Shown here piece after piece: positions 37,697 through 45,958 of a DNA stretch of 49,647 bases (position 1 is its first letter; the number at the start of each line of letters is the position of its first letter). A model generated the notes under the pieces. It searched no databases. It was given only the letters and a program-made list of their open reading frames with translations, and was not told the DNA's origin. This DNA comes from an uncultured Bacilli bacterium. Its GTDB lineage: Bacteria; Bacillota_I; Bacilli_A; RF39; UBA660. A program made the translations under genes and the position numbers. The stretch is from contig CANQAS010000003.1 in NCBI GenBank assembly GCA_947589535.1, forward strand, positions 1 through 49,647, given 5' to 3'.

Positions 37697-38986
37697 ATGA
37701 TAAATAATAGTATAAAAATAGGAATTGTAGGACTAGGATATGTAGGAATACCACTAGCAGTTATGTTTGATAAAAAATATCAAGTAATAGGGTTCGATTC
37801 AAATTCGGATAAAATAGAAAAATATAAAAACGGTATTGATGTAACAAAAGAAGTTGGAGATGAAAAAATAAAAAATTCAAAAATTCAATTTACATCAGAT
37901 GAAAAGATGCTTCAAGAATGCAAATTTATAATTGTTGCTGTACCTACACCAGTAGATGAAAACAAAAATCCTGATTTAACACCAGTAGAAGAAGCAAGTA
38001 AAACGATTGGAAAAAATATTAAAAAAGATGCAATTGTAATATATGAATCTACAGTATATCCTGGTTTAACTGAAGAAATATGTATGCCAATATTAGAAAA
38101 ATATTCCAAATTAAAATGTGGAAAAGATTTTAAAATTGCATATTCACCGGAAAGAGTAAACCCAGGTGATAAAGTACATAAAGTAGAAAATATAACAAAA
38201 ATTGTTTCAGGAATGGATGAAGAAACTCTAGAAAATGTTGCAAAATTATATGAATCAGTTTTAGAAAATGGTGTATATAAAGCTTCTTCAATAAAGGTTG
38301 CAGAAGCAGCAAAGGTAATTGAAAATAGTCAAAGAGATGTGAATATTGCATTTGCAAATGAAGTTGCAATTATATGTAATAAATTAGGAATTGACGCGAA
38401 TGATGTATTAGATGCAGCATCTAGTAAGTGGAACTTTTTAAATTTTAGACCAGGTTTAGTTGGAGGACATTGTATAGGTGTAGATCCATATTATTTAATT
38501 AAAAAATCAGAAGAATCAGGCTATATTCCTAAATTATTAACAAACGCAAGAAAAGTAAATGAATCTATAAGCGATTTTATAGTAGATAATATAGTAAAAA
38601 AATTATCAAGTAAGAATATTAAAATTTCTGATGCAAAAATACAAATACTAGGTGTTACTTTTAAAGAAAATGTTAATGATACAAGAAATTCAAAAGTCTT
38701 TGATATAATTAGAAAACTAGAAGAAAAAGGTGCTAAAGTATACGTAAAAGATGAATATGTATCAAAACAAGAAATCGAAGAACAAACTAATCTTAAAATA
38801 AATGAAAATGTAAATAATGAAAAAGTTGATGTTTTAGTAGTTGCAGTAGCACATGATAAATATAAAAACTTAAAATATAATCAAATTAATGAAATGTTAA
38901 ACTCAAGTAAAATATTATTTGATATAAAAAACATATTTAACAAAAAAGAAATGGAAGATATGAAAATAGATTATTTTAGATTATAA
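37697..38986 (+). CDS. Nucleotide-sugar 6-dehydrogenase (UDP-glucose/GDP-mannose dehydrogenase family; TviB/WbpO/Cap5O-like size class)
   Basis: IGIVGLGYVGIPLA Rossmann motif, AYSPERVNPGD, and catalytic GGHCIGVDPYY. Confidence 0.85.
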   Translation: MINNSIKIGIVGLGYVGIPLAVMFDKKYQVIGFDSNSDKIEKYKNGIDVTKEVGDEKIKNSKIQFTSDEKMLQECKFIIVAVPTPVDENKNPDLTPVEEASKTIGKNIKKDAIVIYESTVYPGLTEEICMPILEKYSKLKCGKDFKIAYSPERVNPGDKVHKVENITKIVSGMDEETLENVAKLYESVLENGVYKASSIKVAEAAKVIENSQRDVNIAFANEVAIICNKLGIDANDVLDAASSKWNFLNFRPGLVGGHCIGVDPYYLIKKSEESGYIPKLLTNARKVNESISDFIVDNIVKKLSSKNIKISDAKIQILGVTFKENVNDTRNSKVFDIIRKLEEKGAKVYVKDEYVSKQEIEEQTNLKINENVNNEKVDVLVVAVAHDKYKNLKYNQINEMLNSSKILFDIKNIFNKKEMEDMKIDYFRL

Positions 38987-39001
38987 GGAGGAACTAAACA
39001 A

Positions 39002-40030
39002 ATGAAAATCGGAATTCATTATATAGAAGGAATGCCAGAGTATAGTTGGGCATACGAATGGGGGGGGTTATTAAAAAATAAAAATATCGAAGTAAAATAT
39101 TTAAATTTCTATGATACGGATATTATGGAAAAAGTAAAAGATTGTGATGGAATAATGTGGCATTGGTTTCATTACCCATTTGATAAAATTGTTGCTCCAA
39201 AAATTTTATCAAATATACAATTAAATTTGAAAATTCCGATTTTTCCTGACTTAAATAGTTGTTGGCACTATGATGAAAAAGTGGCCCAACATTATTTATT
39301 AAGTTCAATAGATGCGCCAAGAATTCCATCTTGGGTATTTTATAATTATAATGATGCAGAAAAATTTATAAATCAAGAAGCTAGTTATCCACTTGTTTTC
39401 AAATTATCTGTAGGAGCAGGTTCTGCGAATGTTCTAAAAATAAATAATAAAGAAGAAGCATTAAAAATTTGTAAGCAAATGTTTGAAAAAGGGATATTTC
39501 CATATACAATTAATGAATTCAAGAAAAAAACAAAACTAAAAAATAGAATTTCAGAAGCAATAAAATATGTAAAATATAACGAATATCCAACACCACCATG
39601 GTATTATATGTTACAAAAAGACTATGTATATTTCCAAAAATTCTTACCAAATAATAAATATGATATAAGAATAGTGGTTATAGGTGATAGGTGTTTTGGA
39701 TTTATCAGATATAACAGAGAAGATGATTTTAGAGCATCAGGAAGTGGAAAAAAAGATTATGATATAAAAAAGATACCAATAGAGGCAGTAAAAATAGCAT
39801 TTGAGGTATCTAAAAAATGTGGATTTCAAAGTATGGCATATGATTTTATGTATGATGAAAATAAAGTAGTTATAAATGAAATAAGTTATTGCTATGGACC
39901 TGGAACAAGAGAATGCTTGGGTTATTGGGATTCCAACTTAAATTGGCACGAAAAAAAGATGAAACCAGAAGAGGCACATATAGAAGATTTTATAGAAAGA
40001 ATAAAAAAAATGAAAAAGGAAAATAGTTAA
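39002..40030 (+). CDS. ATP-grasp family ligase (RimK / sugar-transfer-associated ATP-grasp-like)
   Basis: YPLVFKLSVGAGSANV, YFQKFLPNNKYDIRIVVIGDRCFGFIRY, DFRASGSGK, VINEISY. Confidence 0.7.
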   Translation: MKIGIHYIEGMPEYSWAYEWGGLLKNKNIEVKYLNFYDTDIMEKVKDCDGIMWHWFHYPFDKIVAPKILSNIQLNLKIPIFPDLNSCWHYDEKVAQHYLLSSIDAPRIPSWVFYNYNDAEKFINQEASYPLVFKLSVGAGSANVLKINNKEEALKICKQMFEKGIFPYTINEFKKKTKLKNRISEAIKYVKYNEYPTPPWYYMLQKDYVYFQKFLPNNKYDIRIVVIGDRCFGFIRYNREDDFRASGSGKKDYDIKKIPIEAVKIAFEVSKKCGFQSMAYDFMYDENKVVINEISYCYGPGTRECLGYWDSNLNWHEKKMKPEEAHIEDFIERIKKMKKENS

Positions 40031-40031
40031 A

Positions 40032-40292
40032 ATGAGTGAAGAAAAAGATTTTCAAAAACAAATACATAATTTAGAATTAAAAGCTAAAGGTGTAGAACTT
40101 GAATATCAGTATGTAACTGAATTAAAAAATAATAAAATACTAGAGCTTGAAAACACGATAAGAGATATAGAGCCTTATAAAGAAAAATATCAAATGGCTA
40201 TTGAAGAAATGGATAGATATAAAAATGAATTAGAAGCAATAAAAAATTCTAGATGGTGGAAATTAAGAGAAAAATTAAAAAGAAAAAAATGA
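40032..40292 (+). CDS. Small coiled-coil protein with a basic C-terminal helix (86 aa)
   Basis: The start is 1 nt after the ATP-grasp stop. Heptad-like sequence ending NSRWWKLREKLKRKK. Confidence 0.5.
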   Translation: MSEEKDFQKQIHNLELKAKGVELEYQYVTELKNNKILELENTIRDIEPYKEKYQMAIEEMDRYKNELEAIKNSRWWKLREKLKRKK

Positions 40293-40335
40293 ATAAATCA
40301 TGGTTAAAAAGTACAAAAATAAAATTATATAGTAA

Positions 40336-40503
40336 GGTTATTACAGATGGACATTTGCAATAGGGTCAATTTGGCTAATATCAGGAGTACAAATTGAAAT
40401 AATAGGTGAACGTATAAGAAAAATATATAGTTAGACTAAAACAAGTCCAAGATTTATTGTTTTTGAAAATTTAGAGGAAGTAAAAAATGAAAAAAATAAT
40501 TAA
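40336..40503 (+). pseudogene. Remnant 3' end of a GtrB/CsbB-type GT2 gene, with an in-frame stop at 40432
   Basis: My translation: GYYRWTFAIGSIWLISGVQIEIIGERIRKIYS*TKTSPRFIVFENLEEVKNEKNN*. This matches the C-terminal TM helix plus the IGEYxGRIYxExKxRPxYII tail of bactoprenol glycosyltransferases. No upstream catalytic domain is present. Its end overlaps the gtrA start. Confidence 0.5.
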
Positions 40504-40918
40504 TTTATACAAAAAATACGAAAAAATTATTAATTACTTGATAGTAGGAGTATTAACAACGGTAGTTAGTTTAGTAGTTAAATGGGGGTTATTATTTACT
40601 ATTTTAGATGCCAAAAATGCTTTTCAACTACAGGTTGCTGTAATAATATCATGGATTTTAGCTGTAATTTTTGCTTATGTAACTAATAGAGTATTTGTGT
40701 TTAAGAGTAAAAGTAAAAATATATTAAAAGAATCAGCTAGTTTTTTTGGAGCTAGATTATTAACATTAGTATTAGAAATGCTTATAATGTGGTTCTTTAT
40801 TACATTATTAAGATTAAATAGTGATATTTGGGTTTTAATATGGACTGTATTAGTTCAAGCTTTAGTAATTATATTTAATTATATTTTAAGCAATTTATTT
40901 GTATTTAGAAAAAAGTAG
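40487..40918 (+). CDS. GtrA-family membrane protein (putative polyprenyl-phosphate-sugar flippase)
   Basis: 143 aa with four TM helices. YLIVGVLTTVVSLVVKW... and NRVFVFKSK are typical of the GtrA family. Confidence 0.8.
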   Translation: MKKIINLYKKYEKIINYLIVGVLTTVVSLVVKWGLLFTILDAKNAFQLQVAVIISWILAVIFAYVTNRVFVFKSKSKNILKESASFFGARLLTLVLEMLIMWFFITLLRLNSDIWVLIWTVLVQALVIIFNYILSNLFVFRKK

Positions 40919-41085
40919 TTTAATACTTTTTTTATTTTTTGTAATAAATTGTATATTTAAAAATAATAGTTCAATTAATGGGAATTACACATTATATGTA
41001 AATGGTGCTGTTGTACAAAACTTTACTAGTATTCAATTACTAAATAGTAACTATTCATTAAATCAAAACGTCAAAATCAGGAATT

Positions 41086-41420
41086 AGAAAATTTGATAAA
41101 TTTCATAATTATGGTTATAAAGGTCTATATAATGTAGAAACCGCAAATGATATTGCAAAATGGAAGGTTTAAGACATATAGAAGATATATTAGATAAATA
41201 TGGTTAGTGATGAATTAGTTGCTAACCTTTTTATAATATCTCAAATTGAACAAAAGCTGTGAAAGGTTAATTTACAAACGAAAATAATGTTAACAAAACT
41301 AATTATTAAGCAGGTAATAAAATAAGAAACAATATAAAAGAACTAGGTGGAACTATACTAGAAGACTTACCAAATCCAGAAAAAGTATAAAACAATTAGA
41401 AGAGGAAAATAAAATTATAT
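41086..41420 (+). pseudogene. Decayed C-terminal fragment of a DinD-like (DNA-damage-inducible protein D family) gene
   Basis: Read across three frames with several stops: FDKFHNYGYKGLYNVETANDIAKWKV*, DILDKYG, DELVANLFIISQIEQKL*KVNLQT, LGGTILEDLPNPEKV*. These track the E. coli DinD C-terminus as I recall it (FQNHGYQGLYGGLD...ILDHMGSTELAANLFRATQTEEKL...ELGGTMPEELPTP). Confidence 0.6.
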
Positions 41421-41657
41421 ATAATGGTAGATAGTGTAATAAAAATTCATTTTGTGACAATTTTTTTCAAATTTTGCTAATAGAGTTTGATATAGTAGCG
41501 ACTAATAATTAATTGAAAGGAGGAAAAATAAATGAGAACAACCAAATTATAATAAAAACGATTTATTATAAATGCAAAGAAAAGATATCATTAAACAAAG
41601 GAGATTAAATATGAAAAATAATAATGAAAAGAGATATAAAAATAAAAGGAGAATACT

Positions 41658-43130
41658 ATGAAAAAGAGGGTTTTGGTTGTACTTCTAACTATTGTATTAT
41701 TTTTACCTTTTATAAATGTAAAAGCCGCATACATGGATTCATATATTGATTGGAATTTAGATAGATCAGTTTTTGCACATCAGTATAGAAATGGAAGTGA
41801 TCACATAACAAACCTAGCTATGATTACGGTAGATGGTAAAGTAGCATATTGCATAGAACCTGGTATAGTCGCTGATAAGGGATCTTACTATTCATCGACA
41901 ACTAACATAAATGATACTAATATATCATGGGCTAATACTAAGAAATTAAGTTTAATAGGGTATTATGGATATGGTTATCCGGGTCATGAAGCAAAAGAAT
42001 ATTATATGGCTGCCCAGGAGTTAATATGGAGAGAAATGGGTGTTGAAAACGTATGGTGGACCGATGCTAAGGAAGGTGGTAATAACCTTAATATAGACTA
42101 TTATAAAAATGAAATATTAAGGTTGGTAAATAATTATGAAATTACGCCTGAATTTGATTTTAAAAGTGAGTATATAGTGGGTGATGAATTTTCAATTAAT
42201 GATAAAAATAACGTGTTGGATGGATATGAACTTATAAATAATGATAGTATAAACATAAGTGGGAACACTTTAAGAGTAAAAGTAAAAGATAACAATAATG
42301 ATTTTATATTAAGAAGAAAACAAAATGGTAAAACTACTATGTTTTATTATAAGGATGGTTTCCAAACGATAGGTACTTTTGAATTTCCTTATAATTATGA
42401 AAAAAGTTATAGGATAAATCATTTTTATGGGAAAATTATTATTGATAAATTAGATTACGATACAAATAGTAAGGAACCATCATCCCCTTATGCCAGTTTA
42501 GAAGGTGCAGAATATGGTTTATATGATAGTGAAGGAAATCTTCTTCAAATTAAAAAGACTGATAAAAATGGTAAAGTAGAATTTGATAACCTTGTAAAAA
42601 ATAATTATACTGTAAAGGAAATTACTCCGAGTAGAGGTTATACTGTGGATAAAACGGTTAGTAGTGTCTTTATTGGAACAGATACTAGTGAAGTAATTAT
42701 TAAATCTTATGAAAAAATAATAAAAAATAAAATTGTTATAATAAAGGTATTAGATGATCCGGATAATAAAACATGTATTCCTGAAGAAGGGATATTGTTT
42801 GGCATTTATGATTTAGATAATAATTTAATAAAGGTACAAAAAACAGATCGAAATGGGGATCTAACTTTAGAACTTCCATATGGTAAATATATTTTAAGGC
42901 AGGAAAGTACCATAGAAGGAGTTGATAAAGTAAAAAATAGGGTAATTGAGGTAACAACTGATGGGGTAACTCAAAATATTGTACTTGTGAATCACAAGTT
43001 ACCAGAACATGTTTTACCTGCTATAGAAATAAAGAAATTACCTAATACTGGAAATAAAAATATAATAAATATATTCTTATTAATGTCACTATGTTTTATA
43101 GGATTAATAAATGAAAAAAAGACTGTTTAA
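41658..43130 (+). CDS. LPXTG-anchored surface protein: probable thioester (TQXA-type) adhesin domain plus two CnaB/SpaA-type domains
   Basis: Signal peptide, then GKVAYCIEPG and AAQELIWRE (candidate Cys and Gln of a thioester domain). Two CnaB-like repeats (GAEYGLYDSEGN...TDKNGKVEFDNL..YTVKEITPSRGY, and FGIYDLDNN...TDRNGDLTLELPYGKYILRQ). LPNTG, a hydrophobic stretch, then KK at the C-terminus. Confidence 0.8.
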   Translation: MKKRVLVVLLTIVLFLPFINVKAAYMDSYIDWNLDRSVFAHQYRNGSDHITNLAMITVDGKVAYCIEPGIVADKGSYYSSTTNINDTNISWANTKKLSLIGYYGYGYPGHEAKEYYMAAQELIWREMGVENVWWTDAKEGGNNLNIDYYKNEILRLVNNYEITPEFDFKSEYIVGDEFSINDKNNVLDGYELINNDSINISGNTLRVKVKDNNNDFILRRKQNGKTTMFYYKDGFQTIGTFEFPYNYEKSYRINHFYGKIIIDKLDYDTNSKEPSSPYASLEGAEYGLYDSEGNLLQIKKTDKNGKVEFDNLVKNNYTVKEITPSRGYTVDKTVSSVFIGTDTSEVIIKSYEKIIKNKIVIIKVLDDPDNKTCIPEEGILFGIYDLDNNLIKVQKTDRNGDLTLELPYGKYILRQESTIEGVDKVKNRVIEVTTDGVTQNIVLVNHKLPEHVLPAIEIKKLPNTGNKNIINIFLLMSLCFIGLINEKKTV

Positions 43131-43650
43131 AGTGGTATTAGTTATTTTAATTATTTTATTATTAAAAGAAATTATTTTAGTATCAGTTTTAAATCATAAT
43201 AATAAAGAAAGTGTTAAGGCCTACTTTAGGAATGATACAAGCTTTAACTATAAAAGTAACTTTGTAATAAATATACCTAAAATAAAAATAGAAACAGTTA
43301 TTAAAAAGGCTGATTTTAACTTTAAAAACTTAAATAATTCACTAGTTTATTATAAATATGATGATTATAAGGGTAAGATTATTATTTTTGGGCATTCAGG
43401 AGTAGGACATGGAGTGTATTTTAATAGATTAGACGAATTAGATATTAATGATTATCTTTATTTATATAAAGATAAATTAAAAATTACTTATATTGTAAGT
43501 AAAAAATACAGTGTACCAGATACAGATATAAGTATTTTAGAAAATAATAGTAAAGAAACTTTATTACTAGTTACATGTGACAAAAATAATAAAAATATAA
43601 GATTAGTAGTAGAGTTAGTGATAAATAGCATTAAAACTCTTAAAAAATAA
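43111..43650 (+). CDS. Sortase-family transpeptidase
   Basis: N-terminal TM. Catalytic His in IIIFGHSG, Cys in LLLVTCD and Arg in NIRLVV. It overlaps the substrate gene by 20 nt. Confidence 0.8.
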   Translation: MKKRLFKVVLVILIILLLKEIILVSVLNHNNKESVKAYFRNDTSFNYKSNFVINIPKIKIETVIKKADFNFKNLNNSLVYYKYDDYKGKIIIFGHSGVGHGVYFNRLDELDINDYLYLYKDKLKITYIVSKKYSVPDTDISILENNSKETLLLVTCDKNNKNIRLVVELVINSIKTLKK

Positions 43651-43767
43651 CAAAGAAATCATATTTTTATTGATAAAATGCTTGAAAAAACTATTTAAAT
43701 TTGGTACGCTTATATTGTAAGGAAAATAACTTACAAAACAAATGAACATAAAAATGGAGGTTTTATT

Positions 43768-44040
43768 ATGTCAAAACAACAATTAGTTGAAATGATTGCT
43801 GAAAAAGCAGGTTTAACAAAAGCTGATGCTACTCGTGCTTTAGATGCAACAATGGATAGCATTAAAGATGCTTTAAAAAAAGGTGAGAAGGTTTCATTAG
43901 TTGGATTTGGTACTTTCGCAACTTCAAAAAGAGCTGCTAGAGAAGGACGTAACCCAAGAACTGGAGAAACAGTTAAGATCGCTGCTAGAACTGCAGTTAC
44001 ATTCAAAGCTGGTTCTAAGTTAAAAGATGCTGTAAACTAA
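43768..44040 (+). CDS. hup: DNA-binding protein HU
   Basis: MSKQQLVEMIAEKAGLTKADATRALDA...GFGTF...RAAREGRNPRTGE is canonical HU. Confidence 0.95.
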   Translation: MSKQQLVEMIAEKAGLTKADATRALDATMDSIKDALKKGEKVSLVGFGTFATSKRAAREGRNPRTGETVKIAARTAVTFKAGSKLKDAVN

Positions 44041-44057
44041 TTTTTAATTAGTTAGCT

Positions 44058-44089
44058 AAAAACACACGATAAAACGTGTGTTTTTATTT
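44058..44089 (+). terminator. Rho-independent terminator after hup
   Basis: aaaaacacacg / ataaaa / cgtgtgttttt plus T's. Confidence 0.8.
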
Positions 44090-44154
44090 ACACTTAGAAA
44101 ACATTTTTAAAAGTTATTTAAAACATAATGATATAATTATAGTGGGTGATTATC

Positions 44155-45258
44155 TTGAAAGATAAAATAATAGAGCTATTAAATATATTTTATGATAATG
44201 GATACGAGGCGTATGTAGTAGGTGGGTATGTTAGAGACTTAGTCATGGGAAAAGAAAGCTTTGATGTAGATGTATGTACCAATGCTACCCCTAGGGAAAT
44301 GAAAGAAATATTTAGTGAAATAAATTTACCATTTGAAAATTATGGGGCGGTTCATTTATCATATAAAAATATAAATTTTGAAATAACTACATACCGAATG
44401 GATTTAGAATACGAGGATAAGAGAAAACCTTCAAAAATAATATATACCGATAAATTAATTATTGACCTTAGAAGAAGGGACTTTACTATTAATACACTAT
44501 GTATGGATAAAGATGGGAATATTATAGATTTATTAGATGTAAGTGAAGACATCGATAAAAGAATAATAAAATCCGTGGGTAATGCAGATAAAAAATTAAA
44601 ACAGGATTCACTTCGAATACTACGAGCAATTAGAATTGCTACTCAGTTAGATTTTGAAATCGATATAGAGTTGCAAAATGCCATTATTAATAATAAAGAA
44701 GCAGTTAAAAATTTATCGTTTTACCGTAAAAAAGAAGAATTAAATAAGATATTTTCATCTCCAAATGTACTTAAAGGTATTAATCTTTTAAAGACGTTTG
44801 GGATTGATAAATATTTAGATATAAACCTAGATAATGAAATTGTTAAGACTAACGATCCTATAGGTATATGGTCCCAAGTTAATCCTGTAAATAATTATCC
44901 ATTTACAAATAACGAGAAAGAATATTTAGAGGCTATTTTAGACGTTTTAAGGGATAAAACGATTACTGATATGGAATTATATAAATATGGTAATTATGTA
45001 TGCTATATAGCCAGCCAAATACTTAAAATAGATTCAACTAATATATATGATAGATATGATAATTTACCAATTAAGAGTAAAGATGATATAGATGTAACTA
45101 CTAAAGAAATAATAAGTATATTAAAATTAGATGATAAAAGCATTGTTAAAGATATAATTAAAGATTTGGAAGTTAATATAATTAATGGTAATTTAAAAAA
45201 TGAAAAGAGAAAACTGTATAAATATCTAATTGATACTTACCTTACAAATGTGGTATAA
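44155..45258 (+). CDS. cca: CCA-adding tRNA nucleotidyltransferase (poly(A) polymerase head-domain family)
   Basis: YVVGGYVRDLVMG, FDVDVCT, RRDFTINTL. The TTG at 44155 follows gggtga (the tracked GTG at 44146 lies inside the RBS). TGaTATAAT at 44129-37. Confidence 0.85.
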   Translation: MKDKIIELLNIFYDNGYEAYVVGGYVRDLVMGKESFDVDVCTNATPREMKEIFSEINLPFENYGAVHLSYKNINFEITTYRMDLEYEDKRKPSKIIYTDKLIIDLRRRDFTINTLCMDKDGNIIDLLDVSEDIDKRIIKSVGNADKKLKQDSLRILRAIRIATQLDFEIDIELQNAIINNKEAVKNLSFYRKKEELNKIFSSPNVLKGINLLKTFGIDKYLDINLDNEIVKTNDPIGIWSQVNPVNNYPFTNNEKEYLEAILDVLRDKTITDMELYKYGNYVCYIASQILKIDSTNIYDRYDNLPIKSKDDIDVTTKEIISILKLDDKSIVKDIIKDLEVNIINGNLKNEKRKLYKYLIDTYLTNVV

Positions 45259-45280
45259 TTCACTTGAAGAAGGTGATTTC

Positions 45281-45928
45281 ATGCTAAAAAAAGAGTTTCT
45301 TAATCAAATAAATAATGAAAATCATTATACTGTTCCTAGGTATGTTTTTTCATATGCTAAAGAACTAGGGTTAGACATGAATTCATTAATATTACTTATA
45401 TACTTAATAAATAAACCAAATAAAATGATATTCGACTATAAAAAAATAATAGAAGATCTTAATTTTACTGAAAAAGAGTTATTAGATTCTATTTCTATTT
45501 TGAAAGATAAAAACATTCTTCTTATTTTAATGGAAAAAAATGATTCTGGTATATTAGAAGAAAAAATAGACATTAGTTTATTTTATGAAATAATATTCTC
45601 AAAAATGCTTAATAGCGAAAAGGAAGAAAAAACAAATGCTGATTTATATAATTCTTTTGAAAAAGAATTTGGAAGAACACTATCTCCAATGGAATATGAA
45701 ATTATAAATAGTTGGCAGGAAAAGCAAATAAGTAACGAACTTATTTTAATGGCCCTTAAAGAGGCGGTTTATAATGGCGTTAATAATTTAAGATACATTG
45801 ATAAAATACTTTATGAGTGGAGCAAAAAGGGAGTTAAAACATCTATGGATGTTGAAAAACAGTCCAAAAAAAGAGAAGAAGAAACTGAGGATACAGCTTC
45901 TTATGAGTATGATTGGTTAAATGAATAA
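45281..45928 (+). CDS. dnaD: DnaD-domain replication initiation/membrane attachment protein
   Basis: C-terminal DnaD/DnaB_2 domain FEKEFGRTLSPMEYEIINSWQEK...NNLRYIDKILYEWSKKGVKT. ATG at 45281 follows gaaggtga. TGgTATAAT at 45250-58. Confidence 0.75.
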   Translation: MLKKEFLNQINNENHYTVPRYVFSYAKELGLDMNSLILLIYLINKPNKMIFDYKKIIEDLNFTEKELLDSISILKDKNILLILMEKNDSGILEEKIDISLFYEIIFSKMLNSEKEEKTNADLYNSFEKEFGRTLSPMEYEIINSWQEKQISNELILMALKEAVYNGVNNLRYIDKILYEWSKKGVKTSMDVEKQSKKREEETEDTASYEYDWLNE

Positions 45929-45958
45929 AAAAAACACTACATTAGTAGTGCTTTTTTT
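45927..45958. terminator. Bidirectional terminator between convergent dnaD and ponA
   Basis: aaaaaaaacactac / atta / gtagtgcttttttt. Confidence 0.6.

Noticed and set aside
40899-41087. 62-aa ORF after gtrA.
   Set aside because: It starts inside gtrA, has no RBS, and spans the gtrA terminator region. Its composition is low-complexity N/I/F-rich. It is probably a chance frame in the decayed spacer.
41421-41657. I looked for a c-di-GMP or other riboswitch upstream of the adhesin gene.
   Set aside because: There are no G/C-rich conserved cores or convincing stems, only A/T-rich sequence with the two mini-ORFs reported above.
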